Position numbers and translations under genes: made by a program
Notes under the pieces: generated by a model
Database searches by the model: none
Told to the model about the DNA's origin: nothing
What the model saw: only the letters and a program-made list of their open reading frames with translations
Origin: Pseudomonadota bacterium
GTDB lineage: Bacteria > Pseudomonadota > Gammaproteobacteria > Burkholderiales > DATLHW01
NCBI GenBank assembly: GCA_040388195.1
Contig: JAZKCF010000106.1
Coordinates: forward strand, 444 to 64,443
Reading direction: 5' to 3'
DNA: 64,000 bases
Shown here: positions 40,889 through 50,859 of the stretch, piece by piece
Numbering within the stretch: the first letter of the stretch is position 1
Layout of the letters: the number at the start of each line of letters is the position of its first letter

Positions 40889-41423
40889 TAAAATTCTCGC
40901 GATAATATTTCAGCTCGTCGATTGACTCATGCACGTCGGCGAGCGCTTCATGTTTTCCGTGTTTCGTGATTCCACTCGCCACTTCCGGTTTCCAACGTTT
41001 GGCTAACTCCTTGAGGGTACTAACGTCGAGATTGCGATAGTGAAAATATTCTTCGAGCTTCGGCATCCAACGCGCGAGAAAGCGGCGGTCCTGGCAAATC
41101 GAATTACCGCACATTGGCGACACACCCTCTGGGACGTGCTGCTTCAAGAACTCGATCATTTGCGTTTCCACTTCCGCTTCATCGGCAGTAGATGCCTTCA
41201 CTTTATCAATCAGGCCCGATTTAGCATGAGTCGACTTGTTCCACGAATCCATCCCATCTAGCACAGCGACATCTTGGCGGACCACCAATACGGGCGCCTC
41301 TGCAATTGTGTTAAGCTCGCTATCAGTAACGACGATTGCGATTTCAAGAACGCGATCTTGCTCTGGCTTGAGGCCACTCATCTCCATGTCGATCCAGATG
41401 AGGTTGTTTTTGTCTTGTGCCAT
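40878..41423 (-). CDS. orn: Oligoribonuclease
   Basis: [30 protein letters not shown]. Confidence 0.96.
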   Translation of the reverse strand: MAQDKNNLIWIDMEMSGLKPEQDRVLEIAIVVTDSELNTIAEAPVLVVRQDVAVLDGMDSWNKSTHAKSGLIDKVKASTADEAEVETQMIEFLKQHVPEGVSPMCGNSICQDRRFLARWMPKLEEYFHYRNLDVSTLKELAKRWKPEVASGITKHGKHEALADVHESIDELKYYRENFIKS

Positions 41424-41498
41424 AATTTAACTTCCTAACTTTCGAGAGCGGCATTGTGGCATATCGCTGCTGTTGTCGTCATTGCCGTCATAGAGTTT

Positions 41499-42749
41499 AT
41501 GCCCCTTTTTAGTATTGTTTTTCTCGCCGCCCTGACTTTCACTACCGTGTTCCGCGCCTGGCTCGCCTGGCGGCAAATACGCTTTGTCTCGGCGTCGATT
41601 AATGAAGTGCCTCCATCCTTCATCGAAAAAATCACGCCCGAAGCGCATCGGCGCGCTGGAGATTACACTATTGCGAAGACCCGCCTAGCACTTTTGGAAC
41701 TTGCCGTAGATGCTTTACTCACCTTGGCTTTCACTTTAGGTGGCGGTCTCGAGTGGATTGATCAAATGATTCGCGGCATGGGTTTCGGTTGGGCAGGCGA
41801 AGGAATCGGACTGATCATCGCGGTAACGATTATTTCCAGCCTGGTAGGAATGCCATTTTCGCTTTATCGTACCTTTGTGATCGAAGTGCGGTTTGGATTT
41901 AATCGGATGACGGTTGGGCTTTTCATCGCAGATCTTGTCAAACAAACACTGCTAGGTGCAGCAATTGGCTTGCCGGTACTTTTCGTCATGTTATGGATGA
42001 TGCGCGCGCTAGGGGCCAACTGGTGGATTTATGCTTGGCTGTTCTACGTCGCATTTAGCGTCGTCATGATGATCGTTTTCCCTACGTGGATCGCGCCTCT
42101 ATTCAATAAGTTTTCTCCGCTTACCAATGAGGCACTGAAAAGCCGGATCGAGAATCTGCTTTCTCGTTGCGGCTTCAAATCACAAGGGTTATTCGTGATG
42201 GACGGCTCGAAGCGTTCCAGTCATGGCAACGCCTACTTCACCGGCTTCGGCAAATCAAAGCGTATCGTGTTCTTCGATACACTGATCGAGCGTTTACAGC
42301 CCACAGAAATCGAAGCCGTATTGGCCCACGAACTAGGGCACTTCAAGCGCCATCATGTCGTGAAACGCATTGCACTGACTTTTGTAATTTCGTTTATCTT
42401 CCTCGCGTTACTCGGATGGCTCATCAATGAACTGTGGTTCTTCAACGGCTTGGGCGTAGCAACACCGAGTAACGGTATGGCGCTAATTTTATTCTTCACC
42501 GCCCTGCCCACATTCACCTTTTTCCTGCAGCCGATTAGCAGTCTGTATTCGCGGAAGCACGAATTTGAAGCCGATGAATACGCCGCCTCGCAAACGCGCA
42601 GCACGGATTTGATTAACGCATTGGTAAAGCTTTATCAGGATAATGCCTCTACGCTAACGCCCGATCCGCTTTATTCTGCCATTTATGATTCTCATCCACC
42701 CGCAGCTATTCGGATTGCTCATCTGCGACAACTATCAGGTGCTGTATGA
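41499..42749 (+). CDS. Ste24-like M48 zinc endopeptidase
   Basis: DGSKRSSHGNAYFTG, HELGH, EFEAD, SHPP. Confidence 0.92.
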   Translation: MPLFSIVFLAALTFTTVFRAWLAWRQIRFVSASINEVPPSFIEKITPEAHRRAGDYTIAKTRLALLELAVDALLTLAFTLGGGLEWIDQMIRGMGFGWAGEGIGLIIAVTIISSLVGMPFSLYRTFVIEVRFGFNRMTVGLFIADLVKQTLLGAAIGLPVLFVMLWMMRALGANWWIYAWLFYVAFSVVMMIVFPTWIAPLFNKFSPLTNEALKSRIENLLSRCGFKSQGLFVMDGSKRSSHGNAYFTGFGKSKRIVFFDTLIERLQPTEIEAVLAHELGHFKRHHVVKRIALTFVISFIFLALLGWLINELWFFNGLGVATPSNGMALILFFTALPTFTFFLQPISSLYSRKHEFEADEYAASQTRSTDLINALVKLYQDNASTLTPDPLYSAIYDSHPPAAIRIAHLRQLSGAV

Positions 42750-43090
42750 AAGAAACAACTGTATGCGATCTCACCAATAAACGCTGCAAGCCTTGTGAAG
42801 GCGGCGTTCCTTCGCTGACCTCGCAGGAAGCCGAGGCATTATTGAAGAATGTGTCTGGCTGGCAGTTGCAAGGTAATGAAATCAAGCGGACTTATCAGTT
42901 CAAAAATTATTACGAGACCATGGCGTTCGTGAATGCGTCCGCCTGGATTTCTCATCGCGAAGATCATCATCCAGATCTGCTCGTCGGTTATAACAAATGC
43001 GAAGTAAGGTATACGACACATGCAATTAATGGCTTATCCGAAAACGACTTCATTTGCGCAGCAAAGCTTGACGCTTTGTTTGATCTTTGA
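42746..43090 (+). CDS. phhB: Pterin-4a-carbinolamine dehydratase
   Basis: CKPCEGG, EDHHPD, THAINGLSENDFICAAK. Confidence 0.9.
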   Translation: MKETTVCDLTNKRCKPCEGGVPSLTSQEAEALLKNVSGWQLQGNEIKRTYQFKNYYETMAFVNASAWISHREDHHPDLLVGYNKCEVRYTTHAINGLSENDFICAAKLDALFDL

Positions 43091-44017
43091 ATGCAACGAA
43101 AAATAGCCGCCAAATCCCCTCCCGCCCTTTCCGGAGAAATAATCGCCGCCTTTGGGCGCCGATTTAACGTCGAGCTAGCGGATAACGAAGTACTGGAATG
43201 CGTAACCCGGGGCAGAAAAAGCGAGCTCGCATGCGGGGACCGTGTATCGATACAACGAACCAGCGCTAACCAAGGCGTTATCGAAGAAGCCGAGCCGCGC
43301 ACTTCCCTGCTCTACCGCTCCGACGCCTTTCGTCAAAAATTAATCGCCGCGAATGTCGACCAAGTAGTCTTTGTCCTTGCCACGAAACCGAGTTTTAGCG
43401 AAGAGCTGCTCTCGCGTTGCTTGATAGCTTGCGAAGGCGCCCGTGTAAACGCGATAGTCGTTCTGAATAAGGCTGATCTGGTCGAGGAAATGGCTAAGAC
43501 GCAGCGCGAATTAAGCTGGCTTTCCGCTTTGGGATACCCGCTACTGCCGTTATCCGCAAAGCAAAGCGTTGATCCGTTAAAGCCCTATCTCGATGGGAAA
43601 CTCAGTGTGCTGGTCGGCCAGTCGGGCATGGGTAAATCAACCATCATCAATACACTGGTCCCCGATGCTTCGGTCCGCGTCGATGAATTCTCCATTGCGT
43701 TGGATGCTGGCAAACATACCACGACAAATGCGCGCATTTATCGCATGAATGCCACAAGCCGTGTCATAGATTCGCCGGGATTCCAGGAGTTTGGTCTATT
43801 CCATCTTGCCGACAACGAACTCGCTAACGCACTACCGGAGTTCCGGCCGTACCTTGGTAATTGCCGCTTTCAAAATTGCCGACATCTCATTGAACCCGGC
43901 TGTGCAATTCTAGCGGCAGGAAAAGATAAAATTCGGCCAAGCAGGCTTTCGCTTTATCAACGACTAGCGACATCACATGGAGAATGGCGGGCAACGCAGA
44001 AGGCACAAGGCCGTTAA
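43091..44017 (+). CDS. rsgA: Ribosome small subunit-dependent GTPase A
   Basis: NKAD, GQSGMGKS, GKHTTT, DSPG, CRFQNCRH..EPGC. Confidence 0.95.
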   Translation: MQRKIAAKSPPALSGEIIAAFGRRFNVELADNEVLECVTRGRKSELACGDRVSIQRTSANQGVIEEAEPRTSLLYRSDAFRQKLIAANVDQVVFVLATKPSFSEELLSRCLIACEGARVNAIVVLNKADLVEEMAKTQRELSWLSALGYPLLPLSAKQSVDPLKPYLDGKLSVLVGQSGMGKSTIINTLVPDASVRVDEFSIALDAGKHTTTNARIYRMNATSRVIDSPGFQEFGLFHLADNELANALPEFRPYLGNCRFQNCRHLIEPGCAILAAGKDKIRPSRLSLYQRLATSHGEWRATQKAQGR

Positions 44018-44160
44018 AACATATTTCTAACGCATGTAGAGGTTATGAAGAAATCGTAGCAAGCGGCTCGAGGTCGAATCAAGAAGCGCAACTGTACACA
44101 AAGTACAGTGAGCATCGCAGATTCGAGATCGGGCCGCGCAGTAGATTTATTCGTAACTTC

Positions 44161-45084
44161 TTAAGCGATTATTTGGATAATGCCTAGCAACAACAAAACC
44201 ACCGACCACAAAACGACGGCACGCCAAATCAATCCTTCCGCGCTTTGCATATAGTCCAAATCGGCTTCCTCCCCCAATCCTAAAGGCGGGCGATAAAGCG
44301 GCTCGGTCGACATGGTAAGCGGATCTCCCAAGCGCACTCCTAAGGCCCCGGCCGATGCCGCAAGCACAACACCTTCGAGCGTATTGCCCCAAGACTGCGC
44401 TTGGCTACGCCAGCAATACAGTGCATCCTCAAAGTCACCGACAATCGCAAAACTTACCGCAGTAAGCCGCTGAGGCAACCAATCAATAATTTCGAATGCC
44501 TTAACAGCAAACCAGCTAAATGGATATTCATCAGCCTCGGTACGCGGCCGCCAACGCTCAACCATGACCAGTGCTGCCCGGTAGACAAGTGCACCACCAG
44601 GACCGGGAATCAATAAAAACCAGAACAACACCCCGAATAAACCACGGTAGCAATTTAATATCGCGTATTCAATCGCGGCCTTGGCAATTTGGGTTTTATC
44701 AAGCTGCAGAGCGGGGCGGTTAAGCCACTTACCAAGCCTGTCGCGCGCCTCGTCAATATTGTTTTGCCGTAACGCATGCTGAATCAGCGAGAACTCCGTT
44801 AACACGGACCTGAAGCGAATCGCCAAATAAAGGACCACGGCCGCAAACAATAAACCAAGCGGTCCTGCCGCCTTATGCAATAGATAGTAAGCCAGTGTTA
44901 CGGGCAAGAATACAATCAGCACCACGGCAAACCAAGCGAACACGCCATAGCGCCTTTGCCCAGCATTCGTGCGATGCTCAATCCAGTCGGCGAGACCGTG
45001 CAGCCACAAGGTGAGTGGGTCGGGATCTGCGAAAGGACGAAACTTCTGCAGTAAAAGTGCAGCGATAAGACAGATAAGACTCAT
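44161..45084 (-). CDS. CobD/CbiB/AmpE-family membrane protein
   Basis: TM helices; FGVLFWF, DWLPQRLTA, GALGVRLG. Confidence 0.75.
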   Translation of the reverse strand: MSLICLIAALLLQKFRPFADPDPLTLWLHGLADWIEHRTNAGQRRYGVFAWFAVVLIVFLPVTLAYYLLHKAAGPLGLLFAAVVLYLAIRFRSVLTEFSLIQHALRQNNIDEARDRLGKWLNRPALQLDKTQIAKAAIEYAILNCYRGLFGVLFWFLLIPGPGGALVYRAALVMVERWRPRTEADEYPFSWFAVKAFEIIDWLPQRLTAVSFAIVGDFEDALYCWRSQAQSWGNTLEGVVLAASAGALGVRLGDPLTMSTEPLYRPPLGLGEEADLDYMQSAEGLIWRAVVLWSVVLLLLGIIQIIA

Positions 45085-45371
45085 GGATCTACGATGTCAA
45101 TGTATCGACAGAAGATAACATATGGATAGCACCTACACACAGCGGCTGGGTAAAAAATCCAAATGCAATATGTTTATAAAAAGCGTTGCGGATATGAAAA
45201 CAAACATGACTCTCATGAATGCGTCTATATTTTTATCTTACGGTGTCAACAAGTTAGTTGTATTTCTACGCGCATTCGACTTTCAGAGACTCGTTAGATT
45301 ATTTACAATCCATAACATTCCGATTCTTGAGCTGAGTACGCGCCTAATCTAAAAAACAATGTCGAATGATC

Positions 45372-45475
45372 AGTACTTGTGCAAAAGTTTTCCAGCAAGA
45401 CGCGTCGACGCAGACAGTACCCAATTAGTACGGGAAGGAGACGCAACGCTGCTGGAAGACTTTTGCACAAGTACT
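45372..45475. mobile_element. Variant MITE-like element with compensatory TIR changes, upstream of fadD
   Basis: AGTACTTGTGCAAAAG...CTTTTGCACAAGTACT; same internal core as copies 1-4. Confidence 0.75.
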
Positions 45476-45509
45476 TCACAAGCAACAGTCGACAAACGAG
45501 AGGAATACC

Positions 45510-47189
45510 GTGGAGAAAATTTGGCTGAAGAATTATCCTGCTGGCGTGCCGGCAGAAATCGATGTCGATGCCTACCGTTCAGTCGCTCACTTATTCGACG
45601 AAAGCGTTAAAAAATATCACACCCAGCCAGCCTATATGTGCATGGGCGCGGCAATCACTTTTCAAGAACTTGATCAGATGTCGCGCAATGTCGCTGCGTG
45701 GCTGCAGGCCGCCGGATTGGCAAAAGGCACGCGAGTCGCGATCATGATGCCCAATATTCTGCAGTATCCGATAGCGCTTTTCGCCATCTTGCGAGCCGGC
45801 TTTGTTGTCGTGAACATAAATCCGCTTTATACACCGCGTGAACTCGAACATCAGCTCACAGACTCCGGCGCCGAAGCGATCTTTATTTTGGAAAATTTCG
45901 CTACCACCTTACAGCAAGTTATCAATAAAACTGCCGTTAAGCATGTGGTAGTGACTAGCTTAGGCGAACTACTTGGTCCTAAGGGGATCGCAGTCAACTT
46001 CGTCGTACGCCACATAAAAAAAATGGTACCGACGTGGCATATCCCAAATGCAGTCAATTTCAAAACCGTTCTCGATGCAGGCAAAAACCTGCAAATGAAG
46101 CCAATCGATATCAGCCCGGATGATATCGCTTTTTTGCAATACACCGGCGGCACTACCGGCATCGCCAAGGGTGCTATGCTACTTCACCGGAATATTATTG
46201 CGAATCTGCAACAAGTCTCTGCTTGGCTTTCTCTTTCCCATGACGAGAAATCTCCGCATTTAATGGTCGCACCATTACCGCTTTATCACATCTATTCGCT
46301 CACTTGCTGCTGCTTATTCATGTTGAAAGATGGTGGTTGTAATTTACTCATCCCCAATCCACGCGACATTCCGGCATTCATTAAAGAATTGCGCAAATAT
46401 AAATTTACCGGCATGAGCGCGCTGAATACTCTTTTCAACGCGCTATTGAATCATCCGGATTTTGCCAAAATAGATTTCTCCACGCTTAGGCTTGTAGCAG
46501 CGGGTGGAATGGCAATGCAAGCGGCCGTCGCCGAACGTTGGCAAAAAGCCACTGGCGTACCGATCATCGAAGGTTATGGGCTTACCGAAACCTCGCCAGT
46601 CGCGACAAGTAATCTGCTTAACATCACCAAATACACCAATAGCATCGGCCTTCCCCTGCCCTCTACAGTCATCACTATCCGCGACGACAACGGCAACATT
46701 CTTCCAACCGGGCAAATCGGCGAAATTTGCATTGCCGGCCCCCAGGTGATGAAAGGCTACTGGAAACGGCCGGAAGAAACGGCGACGGTCATGACATCGG
46801 ATGGCGCGTTCAAAAGCGGTGACATCGGCGTCATGGACGAAGGTGGATTCATTAAAATTGTCGATCGCAAGAAAGACATGATTCTCGTCTCCGGCTTCAA
46901 TGTCTATCCCAACGAAATCGAAGAAATAGTAGCAAGCTGTCCCGGGGTATTGGAATGCGCAGTAATCGGCGTATCAGACGAGAAATCCGGCGAAGCGCCT
47001 AAACTCTATGTAGTCAAAAAAGATCCCAACCTTACCGAAGAAGAAATACTAAACCATTGCCGCAAGAGCCTAACGGGCTACAAGCTACCTAAATATATTG
47101 AATTTCGAACCGAGTTGCCGAAAACCAACGTCGGAAAAATTCTTCGTCGGGCGCTACGTGAGGAAAAACCGAGACTACATCCCTCTTAA
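45510..47189 (+). CDS. fadD: Long-chain-fatty-acid--CoA ligase
   Basis: LQYTGGTTG..KG, EGYGLTETSP, SGFNVYPNE, PKTNVGK. Confidence 0.92.
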   Translation: MEKIWLKNYPAGVPAEIDVDAYRSVAHLFDESVKKYHTQPAYMCMGAAITFQELDQMSRNVAAWLQAAGLAKGTRVAIMMPNILQYPIALFAILRAGFVVVNINPLYTPRELEHQLTDSGAEAIFILENFATTLQQVINKTAVKHVVVTSLGELLGPKGIAVNFVVRHIKKMVPTWHIPNAVNFKTVLDAGKNLQMKPIDISPDDIAFLQYTGGTTGIAKGAMLLHRNIIANLQQVSAWLSLSHDEKSPHLMVAPLPLYHIYSLTCCCLFMLKDGGCNLLIPNPRDIPAFIKELRKYKFTGMSALNTLFNALLNHPDFAKIDFSTLRLVAAGGMAMQAAVAERWQKATGVPIIEGYGLTETSPVATSNLLNITKYTNSIGLPLPSTVITIRDDNGNILPTGQIGEICIAGPQVMKGYWKRPEETATVMTSDGAFKSGDIGVMDEGGFIKIVDRKKDMILVSGFNVYPNEIEEIVASCPGVLECAVIGVSDEKSGEAPKLYVVKKDPNLTEEEILNHCRKSLTGYKLPKYIEFRTELPKTNVGKILRRALREEKPRLHPS

Positions 47190-47214
47190 AGAATACCCAC
47201 ACGCCAATTATCTT

Positions 47215-47439
47215 TTACTGTGTAGCCCAATAAATGGCGATTAATATGATCATGATTACGATGATGGCCGCGATTCCCGCAAGTTTTCTAACTTGAGGGG
47301 AATGAAGTCCCATGGGTTTATCGTAAACACCAACCGTTTTATTCGTCGTTTTATCACTCTTATTGGATTGTGATTTATCGGCAACATCTTTATCGTCGGC
47401 TTGCCCAGAATGGGGCGGCGCCGTATATACCTTAACCAT
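47215..47439 (-). CDS. Small tail-anchored membrane protein (74 aa)
   Basis: GAGGGA RBS; VGVYDKP then a C-terminal TM helix. Confidence 0.6.
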   Translation of the reverse strand: MVKVYTAPPHSGQADDKDVADKSQSNKSDKTTNKTVGVYDKPMGLHSPQVRKLAGIAAIIVIMIILIAIYWATQ

Positions 47440-47529
47440 AAAAATTCCCTCAAATAATATAGCTTGCAAGGTGGAGCAGAAAGCCCACACCTTGCATGCC
47501 GTAACAAACATACTGCGCCGGGCGAAAGC

Positions 47530-48624
47530 TTAAGCGCGTCGCTCTATTCCCGCATAAGCGGATCCTGAGTTTCTACGCCGTTCAGGCCCACCATACGAGC
47601 CTCCTGTGGAAAATCGCTGAGAACTCGTCCTAGCGGCCCTTTCTGCATTTGCAGAACTACCGCTTATGCGCTCTACATCGACATCGGTTTCTCGCACGGT
47701 GTCGCGGACAGTTTCTTCCCGCTCGGTGGTTTGCTTACCGATGACGACTTCCTCAGTCACGCGAGCCCGCTTGCCGACCACGGGTTCCTCCGAGGTTTCA
47801 CGCACCTCTATGGTTTGTTCCCTGAAAGCCTGGTCATCAGCCGCACTCAACGGTTGATTAACGGGGCGCCGCTCGATACTTGCGTGCTCTTCACGGAGGC
47901 GAACTGTTTCCTCAACCGGCCTCTCGGTCACGTGGCTGTAGATCCTGACACCACCACGCTGAACTGCGCGCTTGCCTACTTGTAATTCTTCCTTCACTAC
48001 CGGTAAAACTTGCTCGTCTTCGTGCTGCCGGGCACTTGCGGATCGCTGTGATCTCTCGAAATCCGCATCGTTATTCGCGCCAGATTGGACCCATCCGCTG
48101 GCTCTCCAATCTTCAGCCCGTTCATCTATATCCAAGGCCCCATGCATACGCATAATTTCAGCTGCTCTATCGGCCATATCGTCGTCATCAGCGGTGACAG
48201 TAATTAGCGTACCGCCGCGCCGTACGCCTTCAGCGTAGTATTGAGCCTCATTCTCTGGAACACCGACATTCGTAAGAGCGCCGATACCGCCGCCAGCAAC
48301 TGCTCCTACACCGGCGCCTGCCAATGCCGATGCGATCGGACCTGCTGCGATAATCGGGCCGATACCAGGAATAGGTATTGCCGCAATGCCCACAAGAAGA
48401 CCCGCAGCCCCGCCTAAAATGGCGCCGGCTCCAGCCCCCTTCATTGCGCCTGAAGCTACATCTTCTTCAGCTGCTTCACTTCCCGTTTGGCGAGTGGAAT
48501 CAACTTCCTGCTGGCTCGCCATCAAACCGATATCACTACGATCGAAACCGCTATCTACCAAGTCACGCACAACGCTTTGCGCTTCTTCACGCGTATCCAT
48601 AAGTCCAACTACTGTTTTTGCCAT
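47530..48624 (-). CDS. General stress protein (17M-like N-terminus + YsnF/AvaK DUF2382)
   Basis: IPGIGPIIAAGP Gly-rich hairpin, YAEGVRRGG, EELQVGKR...VRLREEH, VRDTVR. Confidence 0.85.
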   Translation of the reverse strand: MAKTVVGLMDTREEAQSVVRDLVDSGFDRSDIGLMASQQEVDSTRQTGSEAAEEDVASGAMKGAGAGAILGGAAGLLVGIAAIPIPGIGPIIAAGPIASALAGAGVGAVAGGGIGALTNVGVPENEAQYYAEGVRRGGTLITVTADDDDMADRAAEIMRMHGALDIDERAEDWRASGWVQSGANNDADFERSQRSASARQHEDEQVLPVVKEELQVGKRAVQRGGVRIYSHVTERPVEETVRLREEHASIERRPVNQPLSAADDQAFREQTIEVRETSEEPVVGKRARVTEEVVIGKQTTEREETVRDTVRETDVDVERISGSSANAERAARTSSQRFSTGGSYGGPERRRNSGSAYAGIERRA

Positions 48625-48706
48625 GATTACTCTCCTATTTGAAAATATTCAGGAATTCAAGCGACTCGTGGTTAGCAAAACCAAGCGCTCTCATTTTGAC
48701 GCTGCA

Positions 48707-49126
48707 TCAACTACCGTTTTTAAAATCCTTTTCTCGCTCCACAAACACCTCCTCATTACGTAAAGTGACACGCTGTGAGCTCTGTGTTTCCACCGTGCTC
48801 TTGCTAATGCGCAATTCCTCTTTTAGGACCAATTGTTTTTGCACCACAAGAACTTCCTCCAGTACTGGGATAACTAAAACGTCCCCCTCGTAATGAGCAG
48901 TAACGGGCTGTTCAATCACTCGATTGATAGTTACGCGCTCAACTTTTACTGCTGTATGCAAAAGTGGTTGCTCGATTAATTCCTCATGTTCACGAACCAC
49001 TTTCTTGACCCGAACAATGCCCGTCTCAACAACGTTTTTACTGACTTCCAGTTCCTCGCGGGCCACCGGAATAGTTACAGATGGATTGTCGGTTTTCGAA
49101 CTAGCTTTGTGATGTTGCATTTGCAT
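48707..49126 (-). CDS. YsnF/AvaK (DUF2382) protein
   Basis: IPVAREELEVSK, IPVLEEVLVVQKQLVLKEE, LRNEEV. Confidence 0.85.
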   Translation of the reverse strand: MQMQHHKASSKTDNPSVTIPVAREELEVSKNVVETGIVRVKKVVREHEELIEQPLLHTAVKVERVTINRVIEQPVTAHYEGDVLVIPVLEEVLVVQKQLVLKEELRISKSTVETQSSQRVTLRNEEVFVEREKDFKNGS

Positions 49127-49184
49127 TCCTAGATATAAATTGCCGAGCGCAGTTCTATTAACACCCGGCAGCGATTATTAAAGG

Positions 49185-49200
49185 AGCAAATTGGATGCCA
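49185..49200 (-). promoter_or_regulatory. Sigma54 -24/-12 promoter
   Basis: TGGCATCCAATTTGCT, ~60 nt upstream of the YsnF operon. Confidence 0.7.
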
Positions 49201-49225
49201 CTTTTACCAAGGTGCGCGAAAATAA

Positions 49226-50230
49226 CTAGCGTGCGAAACGCACATCGCCCGAGTGACTAGGCTGTTGGGTAGCGGCAGAAGAGCACTGAATGGAACCGAC
49301 CTGGCTTGCTCCAGCCGCGTCGATTGCCGCATTCACGTCTTGCGGTATGAAGTGATGAATCATATGGCCAATACCCGGCGCTAAACGAAGATCACTGTGG
49401 GGGATTTCGTTATGCAGTTGCACGGAATGTCGTTTGACCTTCACCACGCGGTCATTGGTTCCCGCCATGATGACTACCGGCATTTTCAGGTCTCGATAAT
49501 GGCGGCGAAGATCCATCGCTGCCGGAATCATCGATCCGCTCTCCGCTGCACTGGCGCGAAGTTGCGAAGGCCGTAACGCCATCCAAACTGGAAATTGCTT
49601 AAAGCGTGGCGGCATCGGCGCGGGACCGAACATGATTCTCATCAAACCAGGCCACATCAGTCGACCTAAGAATGGTGCAATCGTGTATCGAATGATATCG
49701 CCAAGCACTGGAATAGCCGGCAGCGACATGAGTAAAACATCAAGACGGAAAGTGGGGAAATAGTAACCGGAGAGCAACACCAAGCTGCGCACATAAGCCG
49801 GATATTGAACCGCTAGCGCTAGCGCCACCAGCGTTCCCCAGGAATGGCCAACGATGATGGGTTTTTCAATGCCTAAACGTTGAAGCGCATCAAAAATAAG
49901 GGTGGCTTGGGCACGATGGTTCCAGCTGCGGCCTCGAGGGCGGGTGCTGTAGCCGTAACCTGGCCGATCAAAAACAATAACACGGTAGCGAGCAGATGTT
50001 AGATCGAGAAGGCCACTGGTAGCAAAATCCTGGATCATGGTGCCATTGCCATGCAAGAGCACGACAGGCTGCGCTTGCTCTGGCCCCTGATCAACATAGT
50101 GCAACCGGGCACCATCTACATCAATGAAACGTCCGACAGGCGGATTGGCGTGTTCCGCGCGTCGCGCGAGATAACGCACCGCTACCGCGGCGACAACAGC
50201 AACGACTCCAATAGGAATAAATATGCCCAT
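49226..50230 (-). CDS. Alpha/beta hydrolase
   Basis: LLHGN, DRPGYGYS, GHSWG nucleophile elbow, GHMIHH. Confidence 0.9.
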   Translation of the reverse strand: MGIFIPIGVVAVVAAVAVRYLARRAEHANPPVGRFIDVDGARLHYVDQGPEQAQPVVLLHGNGTMIQDFATSGLLDLTSARYRVIVFDRPGYGYSTRPRGRSWNHRAQATLIFDALQRLGIEKPIIVGHSWGTLVALALAVQYPAYVRSLVLLSGYYFPTFRLDVLLMSLPAIPVLGDIIRYTIAPFLGRLMWPGLMRIMFGPAPMPPRFKQFPVWMALRPSQLRASAAESGSMIPAAMDLRRHYRDLKMPVVIMAGTNDRVVKVKRHSVQLHNEIPHSDLRLAPGIGHMIHHFIPQDVNAAIDAAGASQVGSIQCSSAATQQPSHSGDVRFAR

Positions 50231-50336
50231 GGCCGGTTCTCCAGAATAAAAGTTAACTTCTGTTCGAACCGGTTGCCGCTGGCGAAGTTCAATATACCTT
50301 GAAGAACATTTTCGGCCAGGCTACAAAATACTACAT

Positions 50337-50440
50337 TAGGACTTACGCAAAACCACCCAGCGGCGTTGCTCCTCCTTGTCGTACTAATTTGTACTGCCTG
50401 CGTCGTCGCGCCTTGCTGGGAAGATTTTGCGTAAGTCCTA
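50337..50440. mobile_element. MITE-like palindromic element, copy 3
   Basis: Same TIRs; flanks TACAT/AACAT. Confidence 0.85.
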
Positions 50441-50472
50441 AACATTAAAACGGAGACGTAAGACAACGTAGA

Positions 50473-50757
50473 TTAATTATCTCTCGGTGCTTTTCGCCGC
50501 TCCGGCGTATCTAGCGCAACCTGTGCATCTACCGCTTCAAGCGCGTCACGTAGCGAGTCTTCTGGCAGCACGTTAACGAATGTCGCAAGCATGTCGGCTG
50601 CATCAAAAACAGGTTTAGGTAACAGGCGAATATCGGCATTAGCAATAAAAACCGCTGCTGCTCCTGCGACTCGGAGTAAATTAACTCGCTCCTGAACCAG
50701 CATTTCAACTTCAGCGCGCAGCATGGCGACTTCCTGTTCTTTCTGTACGAGCGGCAT
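50473..50757 (-). CDS. Small helical hypothetical protein
   Basis: AAGGGGG RBS before ATG 50757; LRAEVEML..ER..LLRVAGAAA. Confidence 0.65.
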   Translation of the reverse strand: MPLVQKEQEVAMLRAEVEMLVQERVNLLRVAGAAAVFIANADIRLLPKPVFDAADMLATFVNVLPEDSLRDALEAVDAQVALDTPERRKAPRDN

Positions 50758-50859
50758 GGAAAGCCCCCTTAATGTTAAGAGTTTAGATTTTAACCCAAGC
50801 AAGCATTGCAAACGCAAGCGATCACGTGTTAATTGACATGTATTTCCAAACTCTGCTGA

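Noticed and set aside
45359-45610. 83-aa ORF upstream of fadD
   Set aside because: Reads through the palindromic element and overlaps fadD out of frame
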